DNA of 64,000 nucleotides, taken from the NCBI GenBank assembly GCA_945897475.1, contig CAMDFL010000001.1:4842-68841 (forward strand), in the 5' to 3' direction. Position numbers and translations under genes: made by a program. This DNA comes from Bordetella parapertussis. GTDB lineage: Bacteria; Pseudomonadota; Gammaproteobacteria; Burkholderiales; SG8-39. The notes beneath the pieces were generated by a model that made no database searches, was not told the origin of the DNA, and saw only the letters and a list, made by a program, of their open reading frames with translations. Below are positions 8,624 to 16,773 of the stretch, piece by piece; position 1 is the stretch's first letter; every line of letters begins with the position of its first letter.

Positions 8624-9778
8624 ATGCTTTCTCGAATGAAGCCGGAGTTTTACCTGTCGGATGAAATATTTCGCCGGGAGCAGGAAAGCCTGTTCAAGCG
8701 CTTGTGGATCTTCTATGGCTTGAAGACGATGCTGGCCGAACACAATGCGTTTATTGCCCGAAACATCGGCGGCATTCCGGTTGTGGTGCAGAACTTCGAC
8801 GGTGAACTGAGGGCATTCGAAAATATTTGTGTCCATAGACAGAACGCACTTCAGTGGGAAGAATCTGGGAAAAGACCCTTGGTCTGCCGCTATCACGGCT
8901 GGGGTTATGACGCGGATGGATGGGCGCGCAATATTCCGGCGCATGACGAAATCTACCGCTATGCTGAAGAGGAGCGCGCAGGCCTGCGCTTGCGGCGATT
9001 TTCTCTTGAGGTTATCGGCAATCTGGTCTTTGTCAATCTATCGCCTGATCCCTTGCCGCTGACAGAACAATTTACCGGCGAGTTCATCGAGTCTCTCCGC
9101 GACAGTTCCAACGCTTACGATGGCGAGGTGTTGATCGCAAAGCTCAAAACCCGCTTCAACTGGAAACTGGCGTATGAAAATCTGCGCGACGGCAACCACC
9201 CGCGCCATGTGCATGCGCAGACGCTCGCCAAGGATGTCAACTTTCAGGCCTTTGTCGACGAAGCCCAGCATCGCCGGGCCGAGCAGGTCTGCGCTGGCTC
9301 CATGGCCGGCGACCGGGCACAACAAATGGATTTGTTGCGCAGTTTCAGCGTCGGCGGACCCGATACGGCATTAAAGGAGCTCAAGCCCTACGAATGGCAT
9401 GGGGCGGTCGAGCGCTTCGGCAGCCTCGACTACTATTACAACTGGCTGGCTTATCCCAATTTGCATATAGCTTCCGGGTCTGGAGGGTATTCATTTACCT
9501 TGGAGCAGCACAATCCGGTGGCGCCTGGCGTAACCGAATTGACCGTTTATTGGTTGACTGCCAAGAAAAAGCGCCCGTATCCCGCCATGCCGGCGGTGTT
9601 GCTTGCGTCGATCGAGGTCGGCTATCAGGTGTTGGAGGAGGATATTAAAGTCATGGAGATGGTCCAAAAGAATTTGCACGCCGAAGCGCCGCTGCCGCGC
9701 CAGGGCGATTACGAGCATGCCAACAAGTTGCTTGAGAAGTGGTATGCCGATCTGATGGATGGCCAATTTGAAATCTAA
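8624..9778 (+). CDS. Rieske [2Fe-2S] non-heme-iron oxygenase, alpha-subunit type (copy 2)
   Basis: 384 aa with 'CVHRQ-x14-CRYHGW' and 'ENLRDGNHPRHVH'. By eye it is roughly half identical to the 6842-7960 product over the whole length. Confidence 0.9.
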   Translation: MLSRMKPEFYLSDEIFRREQESLFKRLWIFYGLKTMLAEHNAFIARNIGGIPVVVQNFDGELRAFENICVHRQNALQWEESGKRPLVCRYHGWGYDADGWARNIPAHDEIYRYAEEERAGLRLRRFSLEVIGNLVFVNLSPDPLPLTEQFTGEFIESLRDSSNAYDGEVLIAKLKTRFNWKLAYENLRDGNHPRHVHAQTLAKDVNFQAFVDEAQHRRAEQVCAGSMAGDRAQQMDLLRSFSVGGPDTALKELKPYEWHGAVERFGSLDYYYNWLAYPNLHIASGSGGYSFTLEQHNPVAPGVTELTVYWLTAKKKRPYPAMPAVLLASIEVGYQVLEEDIKVMEMVQKNLHAEAPLPRQGDYEHANKLLEKWYADLMDGQFEI

Positions 9779-10388
9779 GCTTGTAGTCGGCGCCGGCGAC
9801 TTCCTTGAGATTGCTTTTCATGCCTGGAAGGAAAAAGATCCCGCCATTGCCGTTGAAAAACTGGAAATCACGCAGGACGAAAACCACAGCTTCGACCTCG
9901 GTTTTCTCGACGGCTACTTGCCGGAGGAAACCTCGATGTTCGCGGCATTCGACAATCGCTTTCTAAACTTCAAGCGGCTTGAATTGATGGGCGCTATAAA
10001 ATCCAGGGGTTTCTGCATGGATGCGTTTATAGGTGGCGGGGCAATTGTCGGCGCCGGTGTGAAAATTGGTGAAAATTCTTTCGTTTCGGAAGGCGCGGTG
10101 ATTGGCGCGGCGGCAATCCTCCAGTACAACATCTACCTCGGTGCTCGCGCCGTAGTTGGATACGCCGCGCAGATCGGGCACTCAGCCTGGATCGAAGCCG
10201 CAGTCGTGCTCGGCAGGCGAGCGCGAATCGGCGCCCACACCACGCTTGGCCTCGGCGTGTCAGTTGCGGATAACATTCAAGTTGGGCGCATGTGCCTGAT
10301 TGAGGATCCAGGGCAGTATTGTGAAAACATTCCTGCGAAAACGTTCTGCAAGCCGTCCTTCGAGGGGCCGATTCGAATTTTCAACTGA
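9759..10388 (+). CDS. Divergent NeuD-like hexapeptide-repeat protein (copy 3)
   Basis: 209 aa. ATG 9759 overlaps the end of the preceding Rieske gene by 20 nt. It has 'KLVVGAGDFL' followed by LbH repeats (IGGGAIVGAGVKIGENSFVSEGAVIGAAA...). It ends 'PIRIFN', like copy 2. Confidence 0.7.
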   Translation: MANLKSKLVVGAGDFLEIAFHAWKEKDPAIAVEKLEITQDENHSFDLGFLDGYLPEETSMFAAFDNRFLNFKRLELMGAIKSRGFCMDAFIGGGAIVGAGVKIGENSFVSEGAVIGAAAILQYNIYLGARAVVGYAAQIGHSAWIEAAVVLGRRARIGAHTTLGLGVSVADNIQVGRMCLIEDPGQYCENIPAKTFCKPSFEGPIRIFN

Positions 10389-10653
10389 CTCGGCGGCACG
10401 CTGGATCACCGCAGCATTGTGCCGCGATCAGCATTCAGTCGATATCGCCATAGAGCACGGTATCGTAGTCGCAGCATGAATGCTGGCGCAGGCGGAACCG
10501 GCAGCGTGGATTTATCTTCAGGATGTGTTGTTCGTCACTTCGAGCAGGTCGTGCGCGTAGTGATATACGGTAAGGGCCACGCGCGGTGAGTATTGGCTTA
10601 GCAGGCGCTGCCCTTCGCTGTGGGGTTTGGCGAAAATGTCTCCCAACTAAAGT

Positions 10654-11847
10654 CTAATTAATCGCTTCAGCAAGGGCCGAACAGACTCGACGGATGCTCT
10701 CTTGAGTGAGCTCAAGGTGGAACGGCAGGCCCAGCATTCGCGGCCCCAGGGATCTAGCCACCGGCAAATCGAATGCCTCTATCCCGGCATAGGCCGGGTG
10801 ATCAGGCAGCAGAGGCAAATACCAGGCTCGGGTCTCGATACCTTGTGCGGTGAGAGCGCTTACTAGCGCATCGCGACTGACCCCGGGCTGCAGCAGCAAC
10901 TGAAAAATTGTGTAGGCGCCATCCAGCGGGCGTGCCTGCAGGGTGATCTCGGGGGAGTTGCGCAACAGTTCGTCGCAATAAGCTTGGTTCAGTGCCTCAC
11001 GCAGCCGGCGGCGTTCGGGCCAGCGCGTCAGCGCGGCGAGTCCAACGGCCGCATGCAATTCACTCAATTTGGCGTTGCCGCCCACATCCGGCGCGTGACC
11101 GTTGGACGGGTCTATGCCGAAATTGGAAAGTCGCCGCACCCGCTCGATGAATGCCGCGTCGCGCGACACCACCAATCCACCTTCGCCAATTCCCAGAGCC
11201 TTGGTCGCGTGCATGCTGAATGCAAGCACAATACGCTCGCCCGGCTGCTGATTGCCAAACGCGCCCGCCGCGTCCACTAGAACCGGAATGCCTGAGCGCT
11301 CGGAAAAATCGTCCCACTCGGCGGCGGGCAGAGGACATCCCAACGCGGCGACAGGCAGGACACAGTCGATTTTTGTTGTTGTCATTGCCGCGCGAGCAAT
11401 CGCCGGTGTCAACACCCAGCTGTGCGCGTCAATATCGGCGATGATGGGCCGCAGTCCGGCACGAAGAACCGCGGCAGCTGTCGCGACAAAGGTGAACGCC
11501 GGAATCAGCACATGGGCGCGTGGTGGCAGTCGTAACGCGGCAAGAGCGAGCTCCAACGCCATAGTGCCGTTGGCAACCGTGCTTAGAAAAGGGGCTGGCG
11601 CCGGGAACAGGGATTGCACACTGTGTTCAAAGCGCCGTACTAAAGGGCCGAAATTCGTATACCAGCGCGCGTTGTCTATCTCAGCTAGGAATGGTTCCAA
11701 ATCGGCGCGTCGCGGCAAATCGGGAACGAGAAGCGGAATTCTTGGGTGATTCAATTCAAATGCCGCCGCGGCCGAACGATAGCGTCTGGATAGAGCTTGG
11801 CGGGGATTTTCATAGGTAATTCTCCCGCGAATCGTAATACCAATCAA
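10654..11847 (-). CDS. DegT/DnrJ/EryC1/StrS-family PLP aminotransferase
   Basis: 397-aa ORF. 'FSMHATKALGIGEGG' is the family's PLP-lysine motif (SxHxxKxxxxGEGG), and 'IPLLVPDLP' lies near the N-terminus. The only in-frame start I see is TTG at 11847, so the start is uncertain. Confidence 0.85.
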   Translation of the reverse strand: MIGITIRGRITYENPRQALSRRYRSAAAAFELNHPRIPLLVPDLPRRADLEPFLAEIDNARWYTNFGPLVRRFEHSVQSLFPAPAPFLSTVANGTMALELALAALRLPPRAHVLIPAFTFVATAAAVLRAGLRPIIADIDAHSWVLTPAIARAAMTTTKIDCVLPVAALGCPLPAAEWDDFSERSGIPVLVDAAGAFGNQQPGERIVLAFSMHATKALGIGEGGLVVSRDAAFIERVRRLSNFGIDPSNGHAPDVGGNAKLSELHAAVGLAALTRWPERRRLREALNQAYCDELLRNSPEITLQARPLDGAYTIFQLLLQPGVSRDALVSALTAQGIETRAWYLPLLPDHPAYAGIEAFDLPVARSLGPRMLGLPFHLELTQESIRRVCSALAEAIN

Positions 11848-11963
11848 CGGCTAATGTTCTTCGGATAATTTCCTCCAACTCCGACACCTTGGTGATTTTG
11901 CCGCACATCAGCGATGTCGTCTCATCGCCAAGGACAGGCAAGCGGCAAAGATTCCTGAATTCC

Positions 11964-13481
11964 CTAGGCATGTGCCAATTTTCCAAAGGCCTCGTCAAGC
12001 GCGCGCCTTGTGTCATTCAAGCGCTGGCGCCGATTGTCTAGCCATGCGCGATCATTATCCAATTGGTCGAGTTGCCTGGCCAGCATTCGTTTGACTTCCG
12101 CAGGCTGCGGCCCTCCCATGCCTCGACTCGATCGCACCATGTTATCCGCCGATAAGGCCTCGCGAAATCGAGCTTCGCTCAAGGGCAATCGAGATTCGGC
12201 ATCGGGCCCCGAGCCATTTACGTCGGAATAAATGCGAACCGCTTCCGCATAGGGAATTTGCGCAGGCTTCAAGCCGTGTCCGCGACCATAGTTCACCAGT
12301 TCCGAGGCGAAATGGTGCCCGGCGCGAAACGCTACGCCGGCATCGCGCTGCAGGATGTCGGCCAGTTCGGTGGTGGTCGAGTAATCGGCATCGATTTCGG
12401 CACGCGCGCGTTCCACATTGAGCGTCAATGAGCGTACCGCGGCATCGATCATGTCGAAAAATTTGGCCACCGATTGCAGCGCGATCAAGGCTTCATTGCC
12501 GCGGTGTTCGAGTAATCCGGAGCCTATGTTGTGCGCGACGAATAAACACGCCTGTGCCTCGCCAAGAACCTTGCTTGCCAAGTGCCGCGCCGCCACCAGC
12601 ACGATCGGATTGCGTTTCTGCGGCATGATGGTACTGGGGCCAGTGAGCCCACCTTCCCGCAGGACGATCCATGGCGAGGTCTGCCGATACTGTGCCAGGA
12701 TGTCGTTGATGAGCGCATCCCCGGTGAGGGCGCCCGATGCGGCGATGCCGGCAAGCTCGACGCTCATGTCGCAGGGTGCGACGTGGTTTGCATCGAGAGA
12801 ATTCTCCACCACGCCATCGAAACCCAGCAGTTCGGCGAGGCGCGGACGGTCTATGGCGAAGCTTGATGTGCCCAGGGCCCCGGCCCCCAATGGCGAAAGA
12901 TTCACCCTTGCCCACGCCTCGCGCATGCGTGCCGCGGTGCGCTCCAAGGCCGCGGCAAACGCCAGAAGATAGTGGCCGAAGGTGGTGGGCTGCGCTTGCA
13001 CGTTGTGGGTATATGCGGGAACTAGATCGTTTTGATGACGCTGCGCAAGCGCAAGCATTCCCGCCCGAATCCGTGCAAGGCTGTCGTAGGTGTCGAGAAA
13101 CTGGTCGCGAATGAACAGGCGATGAGTAGTCGCCAGCATGTCCTGGCGGCTACGTCCCGAATGCACGCGTGTCACTTCTGCGCCGCCTGCTTCGACCAAG
13201 AGCCGCTCAATGATCATGTAATTGCCGGGACGCTCGGCGCCAGGCGCGGCGCCCGCCTCAAGGACCTGTGTCACCGCATTGGCGATGATTTTTGCAAGTG
13301 GTGCTCTGATCACACCTTGCTCGGCGAGCATCACCGCCGAAGCCTTGTTCATCTCCCCCATCCAGTGGAAGGCATCGTGCCCATCCGAGGAGGTAGTAAT
13401 GGGTCTAATTTCCTCGCCCATCAGATAGAATTCGCTGCCCTGCGTTGCCTGGCCCATGGAGATTTGCCGACTTTCCATCAT
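11964..13481 (-). CDS. Argininosuccinate-lyase-like fumarate-lyase superfamily protein (paralogue, not the canonical argH)
   Basis: 505 aa with 'GRSRQDMLAT', 'AYTHNVQAQPTTFGHY' and 'GPSTIMPQKRNP', the fumarase/ASL signature regions. The start may be one of several downstream ATGs, because only 46 nt separate 13481 from the divergent gene at 13528. Confidence 0.8.
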   Translation of the reverse strand: MMESRQISMGQATQGSEFYLMGEEIRPITTSSDGHDAFHWMGEMNKASAVMLAEQGVIRAPLAKIIANAVTQVLEAGAAPGAERPGNYMIIERLLVEAGGAEVTRVHSGRSRQDMLATTHRLFIRDQFLDTYDSLARIRAGMLALAQRHQNDLVPAYTHNVQAQPTTFGHYLLAFAAALERTAARMREAWARVNLSPLGAGALGTSSFAIDRPRLAELLGFDGVVENSLDANHVAPCDMSVELAGIAASGALTGDALINDILAQYRQTSPWIVLREGGLTGPSTIMPQKRNPIVLVAARHLASKVLGEAQACLFVAHNIGSGLLEHRGNEALIALQSVAKFFDMIDAAVRSLTLNVERARAEIDADYSTTTELADILQRDAGVAFRAGHHFASELVNYGRGHGLKPAQIPYAEAVRIYSDVNGSGPDAESRLPLSEARFREALSADNMVRSSRGMGGPQPAEVKRMLARQLDQLDNDRAWLDNRRQRLNDTRRALDEAFGKLAHA

Positions 13482-13527
13482 TTCATTTCGGTGATAATAA
13501 TTGCTGAATCACGGGATTCGGATAAAC

Positions 13528-14490
13528 ATGAAAATTATTTCCTTGCTTATATTCGCATTGATTGGGCTGGCGGCGCCGATGTCATCGACATTGGCCCAGT
13601 CGTACCCGGTCAAACCCATACGCTTGATGGTCCCCTTTGGATCGGGTAGCGGCTCGGATATCGCGGCGCGTTTTTTCGGCGATCAGCTCTCAGGCGTCAT
13701 CGGAGCGCCCTTTATCATCGAGAATCGCCCCGGCGCTAATGGCGTTATCGGCGTGATGGCGGCAAAGACCGCGCCCGCCGACGGCTATACACTATTGCTT
13801 GGGAGTTGGACCACTATCTCGGTTAATCCCATTGCAGTCAAAGACCTTGCCTACGACCCGGTGCAGGATTTCAAACCGATATCGGGCCTCACGCGCAGCA
13901 TGATCGGCATCGCGGTGCCGGGTGGTTCCGCCATCAAGTCTGTGGCCGATCTGGTGTCAATGGCCAAGGCCGGCAAACCGATCAACATCGGCACCTATTC
14001 CACCGGGTTTCACATCGTTCTGGAGTCGTTTAACGCGGCGGCGGGAATCAAGCTTGTCAACGTGCCTTATAAGGCTGCCGGCCAAGCGCATACCGATGTC
14101 ATGGGTAGTCAGATCGACGCATTAATGGATGGCACGACTTCGCTTGGCCCCATGTTGCGCTCCGCGAAACTGCGCCTGCTGGCCGCATCGGGTGAGCGGC
14201 GCGATGCGGCGTTTGCCGATGTGCCGACCTTCCGCGAAAGCGGCTACCCCGATTTTGTCGCCTGGGGGTGGTCGTCGTTTTTTGTTCGCACCGAGACGCC
14301 CGAGGAGGCCACGCATAAACTCGCCGATGCGATGCAAAAGGTACTGGCATTGAGCGCGACACAGGAATTCGCGAAGAAAAGTGGCTCCGAACTGATGCTG
14401 TTCGGACCGGCGGCTATGCGAAAATTCCAGTTAGATGAAATCGGCAAATTCCGCCGCGTCGCCGCCGCGGCAGGCATCAGGCCCGAATAG
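13528..14490 (+). CDS. Bug-family (TctC-like) tripartite tricarboxylate transporter substrate-binding protein
   Basis: Start chosen at ATG 13528 (MKIISLLIFALIGLAAPMSSTLA, a signal peptide), followed by 'QSYPVKPIRLMVPFGSGSGSD', the typical Bug N-terminal motif. Confidence 0.85.
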   Translation: MKIISLLIFALIGLAAPMSSTLAQSYPVKPIRLMVPFGSGSGSDIAARFFGDQLSGVIGAPFIIENRPGANGVIGVMAAKTAPADGYTLLLGSWTTISVNPIAVKDLAYDPVQDFKPISGLTRSMIGIAVPGGSAIKSVADLVSMAKAGKPINIGTYSTGFHIVLESFNAAAGIKLVNVPYKAAGQAHTDVMGSQIDALMDGTTSLGPMLRSAKLRLLAASGERRDAAFADVPTFRESGYPDFVAWGWSSFFVRTETPEEATHKLADAMQKVLALSATQEFAKKSGSELMLFGPAAMRKFQLDEIGKFRRVAAAAGIRPE

Positions 14491-14497
14491 GAAAAAC

Positions 14498-15697
14498 ATG
14501 TCCCAATCTCTACCTTTGCATCCGGTGTTCGATGACCCGAATATTCAAGCCATTCTGGCCCAGGAGTACGGGCGTATGTCCGATGCCGAATTTGTTCGCC
14601 GTAAGCTCGCTCTAGGCCTTGTCCTTGCCGAGCATGGCTGCGATACGGTACTTCTATGCGGTGAACAGCGGGTCGGCAGCGGCGTGCATTGGATCACCGG
14701 ATGGGCGACCACCACCGAGGCAATGGTTCTGCATATGCCTGGCGAACAGGATCTCATGTGGGTCGAGCACTACAACCACCTGCCTAACGCGCGCCGCATG
14801 GCGATTGGCGTCGATGTTCGTTGGGCCGAGCGCAAGGGCCCGGCACGCGCCATTGATGAATTGAAGAAACGCGGCGCAAGGCGCGTGGGTTTCATCGGCA
14901 ATCTTTCCTGGTCAAAAATGCGCGCCCTGGCCGATGCTTTCGATCTGGTGGATCTGAACGGCGACTACGCATGGCTGCGAATGCGTAAATCGGAGGAGGA
15001 AATCCAATGGATGCGAATCGGCGCCGCGTTGTCCGATCTGGGTATGGAGGCTCTGGCCAATGGTGCGCGGCCCGGAATGAGCGAGAGGGAGCTGGGCGCC
15101 ATGGTGGAGGCGGCCTATCAGCCGCTGGGGGGCGCCACCACCATTCATTTCATCGGCATCAACGACATGGCCAGTCCCACGCAATGCGTTCCGCCGCAAT
15201 ATCATTCCACCAGAACGCTGAAACGTGGCGACATGATGTTTGTTGAATTTACCGCGGCGTTCTGGGATGCCTCGGGACAGGTGCTGCGAAGTTTTACCGT
15301 GGATGCCGAACCCACGCCGCTGTTTCGCGATCTGTATGCCACGGCCGAAGCCGCGTTCAAGGCGATCACCGGGGTGTTGCGCGCAGGCGTATCGGCGCAG
15401 GAAATCGTCGATGCCTCATCGCTTATCGAGAAGGCGGGTTTCTCTACCTACGACGACATCCTGCACGGCTTTGGCGGAGGCTATTGGGCGCCGGTGCTCG
15501 GCTCAAACAGCCGGCCGTCTGGCCCGGTTCCGGATATGAGGCTGGAGGCGAATATGACCGTGGTGGTTCAGCCCAACGTGATCACCACCGATGAAAAGGC
15601 GGGCGTTCAATTTGGTGAGATGGTGCGCATCACCCCGGAGGGGTTCGAGCGCATGCACCATGCGCCTTCGGGGTTTCGGCGGATCGGCGCCTGGTAA
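14498..15697 (+). CDS. M24-family (creatinase/prolidase 'pita-bread' fold) protein with non-canonical metal site
   Basis: Start chosen at ATG 14498, preceded by AGGAAAAAC. It has a creatinase-like N-domain and a C-domain. The positions that align with the canonical ligand motifs read 'GDMMFVEFTAAFWDASGQ', 'HGFGGGYW', 'VVVQPN' and 'GEMVRIT'. Compare pepP at 43125. Confidence 0.75.
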   Translation: MSQSLPLHPVFDDPNIQAILAQEYGRMSDAEFVRRKLALGLVLAEHGCDTVLLCGEQRVGSGVHWITGWATTTEAMVLHMPGEQDLMWVEHYNHLPNARRMAIGVDVRWAERKGPARAIDELKKRGARRVGFIGNLSWSKMRALADAFDLVDLNGDYAWLRMRKSEEEIQWMRIGAALSDLGMEALANGARPGMSERELGAMVEAAYQPLGGATTIHFIGINDMASPTQCVPPQYHSTRTLKRGDMMFVEFTAAFWDASGQVLRSFTVDAEPTPLFRDLYATAEAAFKAITGVLRAGVSAQEIVDASSLIEKAGFSTYDDILHGFGGGYWAPVLGSNSRPSGPVPDMRLEANMTVVVQPNVITTDEKAGVQFGEMVRITPEGFERMHHAPSGFRRIGAW

Positions 15698-15730
15698 GCC
15701 AGGCGAATCTGCAGCAATGCCTCCTGGATT

Positions 15731-16225
15731 TTAGGAGGTGACCGCGTGTGCATCGGCGAGCGTGAATCGGTCGCCAAAATCAAACATGTCGTCGTGCTGG
15801 AAGCCCTCGAAGTGCTGCACCTCCCACCAATTGTGGTCGAGATCCTCGATATAGAACGAATACACGCCGTGCTGATCGACCACATCGAGCACATTCCTGA
15901 TCTTGTATTTGTCTTTCAATTCGAGCGCCATCTTGTGCACGCGCTCGACTTCGTCGCGACTCTCCACATCGACGCCCCAGTGGTTGAAGACGCCACAGGG
16001 TTTGAGACTCTTGCCGACCTGAACGCACACAATATGGAATTTCATGCCGCAACGCACCGCCATGGTTCGCCGCGCATGCTGCACGCACTGCATGCCGAGA
16101 AACTCCTCGTAGAAGCGCCGCGACTCGCCCAGGTCGTAGCACTCCATGGTGCCGTGCGAAAGCACATAGGGCTTGACCACGGAGGTCATATTTTCGGGTT
16201 TGAACGCGGCGTCGAGAATTTCCAT
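15731..16225 (-). CDS. VOC (glyoxalase/bleomycin-resistance/extradiol-dioxygenase) family protein
   Basis: 164 aa with AGGA 8 nt upstream of the ATG. 'HGTMECYDLGESRRFYEEFLGM' and 'NHWGVDV...YSFYIEDLDHNWWEV' give the paired beta-alpha-beta-beta-beta module pattern. Confidence 0.75.
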   Translation of the reverse strand: MEILDAAFKPENMTSVVKPYVLSHGTMECYDLGESRRFYEEFLGMQCVQHARRTMAVRCGMKFHIVCVQVGKSLKPCGVFNHWGVDVESRDEVERVHKMALELKDKYKIRNVLDVVDQHGVYSFYIEDLDHNWWEVQHFEGFQHDDMFDFGDRFTLADAHAVTS

Positions 16226-16373
16226 GATGTTTTCCTTGGGGCGGTGTTACGGATGGGTGTAGGGATTCGGGCCCGGTCCTGGGGCCCGGAATCGACAGGC
16301 GATATTCTGCCGCATTTGGCGAAGTCATGGCCTGCGCTGGCGTACCATATGAAAATATTGGGTCTTTAGCAAA

Positions 16374-16676
16374 ATGGAGATCGCGACAATGAGCGAATCA
16401 AATATTGATGTGGAAGCAGCGAAGCGACTCGCTGAGGATTTGTCCAGAAAACTTGCCGAAGTGGGTGGCGATGGCGAGAAATTTCGCGAATTGCGGGAAG
16501 AAGTCGATTCATTGCGCGACATCCTCAATGGCCCCAATGCGCAGCATTTCTGGATCACCGACCGCTTGCATGCGATGGAGGCCATCTTCGAGCGTGCTGC
16601 GGTCGAGTTGCTTGCAGATGGCATCAAGGCGGGTAGCTACCTCGCCGAAATCGGCAGGATTCTTGGCGTGCGCTGA
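16374..16676 (+). CDS. Small acidic helical hypothetical protein
   Basis: 100-aa ORF. An alternative ATG at 16389 has GGAG 9 nt upstream. I recognise no catalytic motif, and the composition is coiled-coil-like. Confidence 0.5.
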   Translation: MEIATMSESNIDVEAAKRLAEDLSRKLAEVGGDGEKFRELREEVDSLRDILNGPNAQHFWITDRLHAMEAIFERAAVELLADGIKAGSYLAEIGRILGVR

Positions 16677-16773
16677 GGCGGGATGGGGGCGCTTTTGATT
16701 GACTCCCGTCGACGGGGGGGCAAAGATACCCGGATCTATAGGCGCGGAATGCCGCGGGGAATCCGGCGCGGCC

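Noticed and set aside
10518-10646. 42-codon minus-strand ORF (LGDIFAKPHSEGQRLLSQYSPRVALTVYHYAHDLLEVTNNTS) just downstream of the DegT gene
   Set aside because: It would need a TTG start, it is very short, and I recognise no motif. It could be a gene remnant, but I cannot support a call.
10651-10660. AGTCTAATTA next to the DegT stop as a fifth locus of the dispersed repeat family
   Set aside because: Only 10 nt match the end of the unit at 43073-43082. That is too short to separate from chance.
11964-13481. Calling this gene argH
   Set aside because: A canonical argH with intact SRND and GSSxMPxKKNP motifs sits at 28108-29556 in the conserved argH/algZ-algR-hemC context. The 11964 copy has altered signature loops and an accessory context, so it is called only as an ASL-like paralogue.
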